Positions 57,176-64,000 of a DNA stretch of 64,000 nucleotides are shown here, piece by piece. The first letter of the stretch is position 1. Each line of letters starts with the position of its first letter. The stretch lies in the IMG/VR virus record IMGVR_UViG_3300025070_000011; one strand, written 5' to 3'. The DNA is from an uncultured virus (IMG/VR IMGVR_UViG_3300025070_000011) (taxonomy: Duplodnaviria; Heunggongvirae; Uroviricota; Caudoviricetes). The notes beneath the pieces are model-generated. The model was not told the origin of the DNA and did no database searches. It worked only from the letters and a program-made list of their open reading frames with translations. The translations under genes were made by a program, and so were the position numbers.

Positions 57176-58132
57176 ATGACAATTGATGATATTCTGAAGT
57201 ACACAAGACAGTACTTGGGTAAAGGTCTTTCTTGGGAAAACAGTGTGTGTCTCCCACAAGAAAATCTGCCAACAATCCGAAAGTGCCTCGGTGGTATCAA
57301 TCTTGCTTTATGTGATTCAATAGACTCGTGGAAAGAAAACAGAACACATAATTTGTTTTGGATTGACCCAGACACACAAGAAACCTTTAACGAACACAAG
57401 AATGACCCCCAGACCCGAAAGTGTCTGGAACAGTTTAACTGGATAAGAACTGACGGGTCGCAAAACGCCGTTTCAGTCCAGTACCTCCTCAACGACCAAG
57501 GATACCGAATAGACCACGGTTATGATGAAGACGGAATTATTTTCTATGGATGCAGTTTTACATTCGGTATCGGTCTAGACAAGGAACATACCTTCACTGA
57601 GATAGTATCAAAAGAACTGGGTCTTGCAAATTTTAATTTCGGTATCCCTGGCGTTGGACTTGATGCAAGCGTAATTCATGCTTTGTTCTTACTCAAACAC
57701 ACTGTCAAGAAACCAAAAGCGATGGTTGTTTTTACACCACCACCAAGAAGGTGGAACTACTTTAACGGATCTCAGATTGTAACCACCTCTTCTCAACAGA
57801 TTTCAAAATACAGGAAAATTACAGAAGAGTATGTAATGTCAATGGAGTATCAATGTGTCACGGATGACATGAATAACCTTATTCAGACAACCAAGAACAT
57901 CATGGTGTTGCGAGATATCGCAAAAGAACTGGATATCCCTTTCGTTTTGGCTGACTATTCAAAGGACTTTGACAGAGAGTTTAAAGCTTATCATTATTGG
58001 AAACACTGTGCTCAACGTGGAGATGAATCTTTTGATGGGGTTTCTATGGCCAGAGACCTCATACACCCAGGCGAAGAAACAAATGCAAAGTGGGCAGAAA
58101 TAATCATAAAACTAATCAAAGAAAAACTATAA
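57176..58132 (+). CDS. SGNH/GDSL hydrolase-like protein
   Basis: FYGCSFTFG.G, NFG.PG, RD..HPG blocks. Confidence 0.65.
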   Translation: MTIDDILKYTRQYLGKGLSWENSVCLPQENLPTIRKCLGGINLALCDSIDSWKENRTHNLFWIDPDTQETFNEHKNDPQTRKCLEQFNWIRTDGSQNAVSVQYLLNDQGYRIDHGYDEDGIIFYGCSFTFGIGLDKEHTFTEIVSKELGLANFNFGIPGVGLDASVIHALFLLKHTVKKPKAMVVFTPPPRRWNYFNGSQIVTTSSQQISKYRKITEEYVMSMEYQCVTDDMNNLIQTTKNIMVLRDIAKELDIPFVLADYSKDFDREFKAYHYWKHCAQRGDESFDGVSMARDLIHPGEETNAKWAEIIIKLIKEKL

Positions 58133-58135
58133 ATA
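58128..58135 (+). promoter_or_regulatory. late promoter TATAAATA
   Basis: Exact motif before 58142. Confidence 0.6.
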
Positions 58136-58141
58136 CTGTTT

Positions 58142-58390
58142 ATGAGATGGTTAATAGAAAAAATTAAAGAGTGGTTGAAGGAAGAATATCAACTTACTGT
58201 TTACTACCCAGGCGAAACTACTGTTCTGCCTGATGGTACTCGCATAGAGACGTTTAGTCCAAAAACTTATCATGCTAAAAAAATCTTAAAACTAAAACAA
58301 AACCACATTATTTTTATTGGTACTGATAAAAAGAGACATGAAATAAGAGTTGTAAATCCAGTTGGATTTGATTTGAAAAAAATATATTGA
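58142..58390 (+). CDS. hypothetical protein
   Basis: ORF following a late promoter. Confidence 0.65.
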   Translation: MRWLIEKIKEWLKEEYQLTVYYPGETTVLPDGTRIETFSPKTYHAKKILKLKQNHIIFIGTDKKRHEIRVVNPVGFDLKKIY

Positions 58391-58403
58391 TGATGGAGAC
58401 AAC

Positions 58404-60008
58404 ATGGATTACGTTGACGTACTATTATTTACGGGACTAGGTTCGTATTCACACGGCGTACAGGCTGCAACAGAAGAACCTAGTTACGAAACCAGAAGTC
58501 GAACTTCTGGCACCTACCGAATTGCCACATACCTAAGAGATGAATTCGACTTTAACGTAGAAGTTGTCGATTTTATGTTTTCTTGGCGGTATGAAGAACT
58601 CGTTGAAATTGTAGATAGCAGGGTCGGACCAGACACTAAGATGGTGGGTGTGGGTGGGCTCTTCTTTCTTGCAGCCCCGAACATTGTTAATATATTCAAA
58701 TACGTTAAAACCAATTATCCCAATGTGACCACTTGTGCTGGAAGTCAGGACATCTGGTCACTTATGAAAATACCAAACATCGATTATTACTGTATTGGTT
58801 ATGGTGAACTCGGCATGAAGGCCATAATACAGGGTAATCCAGAAGTAAAACAATTTACGCCCTTTGAAGGCGGACCTACATTTCCAGTAGTAGATTGTTG
58901 GGAAAACTCAAAGTATCATGCGTACCCTTGGTCTGAATTGCCAATCCGATACGAGAAAAGAGACTTTATTAAACCCTACGAAGTTTTGTCTATGGAAACT
59001 TCTAGAGGATGTCGATTCGCCTGTTCCTATTGCAACTTCCCGATTCTGGGTGTGAAGGGTGACTATACTCGTTCACAAGATTGTTTTGAGAGAAACATAA
59101 AAGAAAACTATGACCTTTGGGGAACAACAGAGTACATCATTACTGATGATACTTTCAATGACTACATTCCAAAAATTAAAAAGTATGGTGATGTTGTTCA
59201 GTCATGTGATTTTAAACCAAACTTTACTGGGTACATTCGCGCAGACTTGATGACTCAACGCAAGGGTGACCTAGAAGAACTTGCTAGAATGAGATTCAAT
59301 AGTCATCTCTATGGGATCGAATCAACAAATCATGCAAGTGCCAAATCAATGGGAAAGGGTGGTGACCCAAAGAAGATTCTAGATGGCATTCTAAAAGCTA
59401 AAGAATATTTCTTAAAAGAGAATGGGTTTTATCGGGGGGAGATAAGTTTGATTTGGGGGTTGCCGTACGAGACTCCAGAAACTCTAGACTGGACCTTCAA
59501 GTGGTTGGATGATAATTGGCAGTCTCAGGCAGTATCGATGTTCCCTCTACATATTATGAGAGACAATGGAATGACGCGACCCAGTGATCTTACCTCTAAG
59601 AAAGACAAGTGGTACAAGACCCCGCAACCAATGGAAATCGAACCAGTAGGCGACAGACTAGATCACATCTACGCCGATCCAAATGTCGATGATTATTTCA
59701 AGAGAAGAATCAAACTCCTTGAACCAGATTTGAATAGTCCACACTGGCACCATTTGACATATATGTGGAAAAACGAACACTATGATGCGGTCAGTGCATA
59801 TATTGGTGTGCAGAACATGTTATTTGGTCATGATAGATATTGGGATAGGGGTGTACCCATTTTTAACCAATCAAACTGGCAAGGAGTGGGGTTTAGTAAG
59901 GCCGATATGTTGAAAAATTTCAGAGAATTGCCTAGTATGATGAATCCACCCGAAGAAATGGTAAAATCAGCTATAGAAGAGTACAAACAGAATAAGTTAT
60001 CTTTATAA
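58404..60008 (+). CDS. radical SAM protein with B12-binding-like N-terminal domain
   Basis: ETSRGCRFACSYC (CxxxCxxC), DDTFN, GIES, I.GLPYET; G.GE motif. Confidence 0.88.
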   Translation: MDYVDVLLFTGLGSYSHGVQAATEEPSYETRSRTSGTYRIATYLRDEFDFNVEVVDFMFSWRYEELVEIVDSRVGPDTKMVGVGGLFFLAAPNIVNIFKYVKTNYPNVTTCAGSQDIWSLMKIPNIDYYCIGYGELGMKAIIQGNPEVKQFTPFEGGPTFPVVDCWENSKYHAYPWSELPIRYEKRDFIKPYEVLSMETSRGCRFACSYCNFPILGVKGDYTRSQDCFERNIKENYDLWGTTEYIITDDTFNDYIPKIKKYGDVVQSCDFKPNFTGYIRADLMTQRKGDLEELARMRFNSHLYGIESTNHASAKSMGKGGDPKKILDGILKAKEYFLKENGFYRGEISLIWGLPYETPETLDWTFKWLDDNWQSQAVSMFPLHIMRDNGMTRPSDLTSKKDKWYKTPQPMEIEPVGDRLDHIYADPNVDDYFKRRIKLLEPDLNSPHWHHLTYMWKNEHYDAVSAYIGVQNMLFGHDRYWDRGVPIFNQSNWQGVGFSKADMLKNFRELPSMMNPPEEMVKSAIEEYKQNKLSL

Positions 60009-60011
60009 ATA
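60004..60011 (+). promoter_or_regulatory. late promoter TATAAATA
   Basis: Exact motif before 60047. Confidence 0.7.
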
Positions 60012-60046
60012 TATTGAAACGTCAGATTTATTTTGGAGTATACACA

Positions 60047-61996
60047 ATGCCGGTAGAAAGAAACATCCGTGACATATTACAGTCTGGAGAATCTACCCTA
60101 TTAGAAGCTGATATGTCAAGAAGACTTGATATGCTGGTTCGACAGGGTATGTTGCCAGTTGCAAAACTGCCACTGTTAAAACGTGGTCTTGAAAAAATGA
60201 AATCTGGTAAAGTGGGTACTCCGCAAGAAAGAGATGCTGTTAGTGGTGTTCTTGACCAAATGATGTATATCATACTTGGTGACGATACAGTATTCCAGAA
60301 AGCACGACAACACACTCAAAAGAATCGCTATCAGACCGAAGAGAGTGAGATCGAAACGGCCGAAGAGAGTGATGATGTAACCTTGAATGAATGGGAAGAA
60401 CTGTTGTTGGACATTCAGACTCTTGAAGAGAAGAATGTCCCAACAAACCCGAAGTTGTGGTCAAAGTACAAGTCACAGGCGAAGGCAAAATTCGATGTGT
60501 ATCCTTCTGCTTATGCCAATGGTTGGGCTGCCAAGATGTATAAAAAAGCCGGTGGAAGTTGGAAATCAGTTAGTGAAGATGTAGAACAGGTTGATGAAGT
60601 ATCATCTAAAATGTTGGCAAGTTACCAACAAAAGAACGAGACTGATCGTGAAAAGGCGGTTGGTACTCAGGATGTAGATAAGATTAAAAAACGTGTGAAG
60701 GGTGACCGTCTTGCAAGTAAGAAGAGATATTCATCCGTTTACAAGAAGTATGGTTTATCTACTGCCAAGGTTCCTGCTACTAACGAAGAAACGGACCTAG
60801 AAGAAAAGGTTGAAGACATGGAAATGGGTGAAGTCATCAAGGACTTCCAAAAGTCTGATGCACCCCAATTTAAGGGCAAGTCTAAAGAAAAGAAGAGAGA
60901 GATGGCCATCGCTGCTAAACTCTCCAAAGAAGAGACCGAAGAGGAAATTACCGTGGACATGAACAATCCGTTTGCCGCCGCTAAGAAATCAAAACTCGAC
61001 GAGTACAAAGTTAAGAATCCTGGCTCAGACGCAGAAGATTCTCGACAACGCGCCAAGAAGGCCGCCGAGAGACTTTCTCGCAAAGTTTCAAAGACTGAGA
61101 GGGAAACTGATCCGGGCCTTGACGAAGTTAAAAAGGTTGATTGTCCAGAGTGTAAGGGTAAAGGTTGTTCCGAATGCGATGACAAGGGATATCAACTCAA
61201 AGAGTATATCACTGGTAAACAAGTTAAGATGGCGAAGGGTATTGCAAATGACCCCCGTCACAAGGGTGGTGACATGACGGGTGCCGCAAAGAAGATGGAA
61301 AAGATTAAGAAAGGTCTTTCTAATCACCCAGGCGCTCAGAAGGCTCTCCGCACTGCAAACGAAGGTATGTTCGATGACTACTCCGATGAAGAGTTGGATG
61401 AGTTGATCGAAATGGAATTCAAGGCAAAGTTTCAGGCGATGCTGAAGAAATCAGGTAAGTCTCTTGGTTCTATGTCCCCAGAAGAGAAAAAGAAATTCTT
61501 CAACAGTGTAGATGCCGCACACAACGCAAAGAATGAAAACTACACCATGAAGAATGATTATGCAAAGTCTTCTGGTGCTATGTCAAAGGACAAGGCAAGT
61601 CACAACACTGGTGGGATGCGTATCTCAAATAAAGATGCTGGTGCTGCCAAGGCAAGACTCATGAAGAAGAAGGGTATCACTGAAGATGCCGCTGCGGATG
61701 CAAAGAGAGACTATGATGCGGATGATAAGAAAGGTCTTGCTCCTACTAAGTCGGACAAACCCGCAAAGGTCAGTGACGCATCAAACGCAAAAGAAATCGA
61801 ACACATTGTACCTCAGATGCGAAAAGCAATTACCGTTGGTAAAGAGGTTCAATTCCAAGATGGGAAGACGCACAAGATCAGTAAAGGACACGCTGCAAAG
61901 TTCTTGAATAAGTACATGAACAGCAAACCCGCTGACAAACAAGCAATGCAAACGTCTGCCCACAAGAGCCACGATCATTTTAAGAAGCACGTATAA
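60047..61996 (+). CDS. modular K/E-rich protein (putative internal-head polyprotein)
   Basis: GGAG SD; basic modules (e.g. PTNPKLW...YPSAYANGW...YKKAGGSW; CPECKGKGC..C) separated by acidic hydrophobic-X-E linkers. Confidence 0.75.
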   Translation: MPVERNIRDILQSGESTLLEADMSRRLDMLVRQGMLPVAKLPLLKRGLEKMKSGKVGTPQERDAVSGVLDQMMYIILGDDTVFQKARQHTQKNRYQTEESEIETAEESDDVTLNEWEELLLDIQTLEEKNVPTNPKLWSKYKSQAKAKFDVYPSAYANGWAAKMYKKAGGSWKSVSEDVEQVDEVSSKMLASYQQKNETDREKAVGTQDVDKIKKRVKGDRLASKKRYSSVYKKYGLSTAKVPATNEETDLEEKVEDMEMGEVIKDFQKSDAPQFKGKSKEKKREMAIAAKLSKEETEEEITVDMNNPFAAAKKSKLDEYKVKNPGSDAEDSRQRAKKAAERLSRKVSKTERETDPGLDEVKKVDCPECKGKGCSECDDKGYQLKEYITGKQVKMAKGIANDPRHKGGDMTGAAKKMEKIKKGLSNHPGAQKALRTANEGMFDDYSDEELDELIEMEFKAKFQAMLKKSGKSLGSMSPEEKKKFFNSVDAAHNAKNENYTMKNDYAKSSGAMSKDKASHNTGGMRISNKDAGAAKARLMKKKGITEDAAADAKRDYDADDKKGLAPTKSDKPAKVSDASNAKEIEHIVPQMRKAITVGKEVQFQDGKTHKISKGHAAKFLNKYMNSKPADKQAMQTSAHKSHDHFKKHV

Positions 61997-61999
61997 ATA
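61992..61999 (+). promoter_or_regulatory. late promoter TATAAATA
   Basis: Exact motif. Confidence 0.7.
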
Positions 62000-62027
62000 A
62001 AATAATAGACCCAAGGAGAAAGTCACA

Positions 62028-62429
62028 ATGAGCGCATGGTCAAAATCCAATAAGCCAGTAATTACTGGGATTCCTGCATCTGAAATCTTTATGGTTGACG
62101 AAGCGGAAGTCGCTGCTACTGCTGGTATTACACAGCCCGGTTGGGTACGGAGAACTACTGTCGGTTCGCGCAAGAAGTATGAAACTCTTGTTGCTATGGC
62201 ATCCGCATCTACTGACGCAGTATACGAGGCGGCTGTAGGTGTTGTCGCTACTGCTCTTGCCGCCGCAACTGAGTACAAAATTCTTACCACTGGAACTACC
62301 GACTTCACCGCAGTTGGTGCCGCTGACTCTAACCCAGGCACAGTATTCACCGCTTCTGGCGCTGGTACTGGAACGGGTACTGCTGTCGCTACTGCCGATG
62401 ATGACGATACTGAATTCCCCGACTCATAA
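62028..62429 (+). CDS. putative virion structural/decoration protein
   Basis: AAGGAG SD; PGWV...R...ETLVAM and Y.I.T.GTTDFT..GA....GT.F.A patterns. Confidence 0.7.
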   Translation: MSAWSKSNKPVITGIPASEIFMVDEAEVAATAGITQPGWVRRTTVGSRKKYETLVAMASASTDAVYEAAVGVVATALAAATEYKILTTGTTDFTAVGAADSNPGTVFTASGAGTGTGTAVATADDDDTEFPDS

Positions 62430-62439
62430 GGTTTAACTG

Positions 62440-62883
62440 ATGTCTGATTCAAAACTATCAGAACTCACTGCGGCCACCTCGGTGGCCGCTGATGATACCC
62501 ACTACCTTGTACAAGGTGGTTCCAGTAAGAAAGTTAGTACTGCAAACATATTTGGACAGATTTCTACTCCAACATTGTTCGCAGACAAGGTTTCTATTGG
62601 AGATCATATAAATGTTACAAGTGCTGGTGTATTGTCAAATGATTACAACGTACATCTGATTGTTGATCCTGCTGTTGGTGGTACTCTTACCCTCACTGGT
62701 GGAACTACGGGTCAGTTAAAAACTATCATCATGACTTCTAATGCTAGTGCCGTGACCCTTTTGCTGGATGACAGCGATCTGGGACATGACACTATTACCT
62801 TTGACAGTGCTGGTGACACCGCCCTTCTGATTTATGCAGGATCGAAGTGGTGGATGGTTGGGGGTTCTGCTGCGGTAACCTAA
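62440..62883 (+). CDS. putative virion structural protein
   Basis: M.D.K.SEL.A fibre-type N-terminus; G..GQ.K.I and F...GD...L.Y....W beta domain. Confidence 0.7.
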   Translation: MSDSKLSELTAATSVAADDTHYLVQGGSSKKVSTANIFGQISTPTLFADKVSIGDHINVTSAGVLSNDYNVHLIVDPAVGGTLTLTGGTTGQLKTIIMTSNASAVTLLLDDSDLGHDTITFDSAGDTALLIYAGSKWWMVGGSAAVT

Positions 62884-62890
62884 TAATAAT

Positions 62891-63268
62891 ATGATTGAAT
62901 TGAATGAAAGTAATTATCTTGTTTATGCTATAAAACATTACAACAGTCCAGAGTGTTCGGGGATCGAAGACTTTGAGGAAGATGTAAAAAGATTCAAGTA
63001 TCTGAAGAGGCTGTTTAGAAGATATGAAAGATCGGGTCAATTAAATGACAGACTCATCTTGAATCACCTTATAGTATTATACAACGTGTTTGATAGACAT
63101 GCTACTCCAATGTTGTTTTACAAGATTGATAAACAACATTGGTCAATACTAAAAACTTTTTTGGTATTCCTAAACCGGATGCCTTTGGAGTCAATAATTA
63201 CTGGTGGTGTTCGCGGTGATGATATACCACTGGACTTTAAAATTATTAACATACTTAGGAATATCTGA
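62891..63268 (+). CDS. hypothetical T4-like phage protein
   Basis: A.K.Y..P.C....F.ED.KRFKY.KRL and RLILNH.I...NVF motifs. Confidence 0.8.
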   Translation: MIELNESNYLVYAIKHYNSPECSGIEDFEEDVKRFKYLKRLFRRYERSGQLNDRLILNHLIVLYNVFDRHATPMLFYKIDKQHWSILKTFLVFLNRMPLESIITGGVRGDDIPLDFKIINILRNI

Positions 63269-63816
63269 TGTCAAGAACTGTAGTTGATAGTCTCGTAGCG
63301 ATAAGACTTCTCAGGTTGTTTAGTACACCCTACGAGAAGCATCCAGCTTTTGAGATGGGTATCATCGACAATAAAGGCAACAAAATTAAAGACCCTCGCA
63401 CCTCCGAAGAACGAAACGCATACACCTTTTTAGATAGACTCGGATTCAAAATTCGTAGAGCATTGACCACCTCATCAAATGCAGCTGCCAGAAGATTATT
63501 AGTATTTGCTTCTGCTATTGCCATGATAAGAGAAAACAATGACATCGAAAATATGTCAGATGATGAATTTCAAGTTTTACTTGATATGTATTCACAAGAT
63601 GAAAATGTAATCACTGAGGCTAAAATTCTAGAAGCTGGTAATGTCCCATTCAAATATTTCATGATGGGAGAAGAAATCGCTAATGTTGCAGGACCAATGA
63701 CGGGTGGTAAAATCGCTGGTCTGGGAACTGACGCGCAAGGTGAACCAGGCCGAAAATCCATAGCAATGCCTCTTCAACGTAGAAAGAAGAAGAGGAAGTT
63801 TCCAAATGTCAACTGA
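63268..63816 (+). CDS. hypothetical T4-like phage protein
   Basis: L.TP.....AF..GIID..G motif; TGATG coupling. Confidence 0.75.
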   Translation: MSRTVVDSLVAIRLLRLFSTPYEKHPAFEMGIIDNKGNKIKDPRTSEERNAYTFLDRLGFKIRRALTTSSNAAARRLLVFASAIAMIRENNDIENMSDDEFQVLLDMYSQDENVITEAKILEAGNVPFKYFMMGEEIANVAGPMTGGKIAGLGTDAQGEPGRKSIAMPLQRRKKKRKFPNVN

Positions 63817-64000
63817 GACCAGAATCGCCGTACTGGAAGCTGATACCAGAAAAATGGAAGGATTTTTTAGTCGTCTTGACACTTCCATAGAAAAAATTGC
63901 AGAACTAAACGTATCCATACGAGAAGTATTATCTTCTCACGAAACTAGAATTAACGCTACGGAAATCGAATTGGAGACGCAATTTTCTATGTTTGACCAG
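63806..64000 (+). CDS. coiled-coil protein (partial, runs off the window)
   Basis: MSTETRIAVLE...RLD.SIEKI.E......L..HE.RI; open to the window end. Confidence 0.65.
   Translation, partial: MSTETRIAVLEADTRKMEGFFSRLDTSIEKIAELNVSIREVLSSHETRINATEIELETQFSMFDQ

Overview
A 64-kb segment of a large T4-like myovirus genome. The gene content resembles aquatic T4-like phages, and a proteobacterial host is inferred from the IscU/IscA sequences, sigma70 promoters, IHF-like boxes and spanin-like genes. All credible genes are on the + strand. Order: tail-fibre/adhesin genes (1-5.8 kb); neck, terminase, tail, portal and head module gp13-gp23 and gp3 (5.8-19.6 kb); uvsY, uvsW, gp55; a coupled denV-like / DruA(DUF4338)-like / cytidylyltransferase / beta-glucosyltransferase-like cassette ahead of gp47-gp46; peptide deformylase; an iscU-iscA-mini-bfd Fe-S cassette; a putative early cobT/cobS-like VWA-AAA operon; replication genes (gp45, gp44, gp62, regA, gp43, uvsX, gp41) interleaved with peroxiredoxin, a TauD-like dioxygenase and hsp20; spanin/holin-like genes; small putative early genes; tRNA-Arg(UCU); and a late block with a ligase-like protein, a nucleotidyltransferase, lysozyme, a radical SAM enzyme and two long modular proteins. 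The most interesting signals: (i) a terminator hairpin whose 20-nt loop is antisense to the GA-rich leaders of three putative early genes, whose promoters also share a 20-bp IHF-like box; (ii) late proteins with T4 internal-protein-like capsid-targeting N-termini and apparent prohead-protease-cleavable polyproteins; (iii) a candidate DNA-hypermodification cassette at the T4 a-gt position; (iv) an unannotated 42-aa Bfd-like ferredoxin after iscU-iscA; (v) a perfect antisense sigma70 promoter next to gp55; (vi) a ROSE-like thermometer on hsp20. All family calls come from motif recognition by eye; no searches were run.
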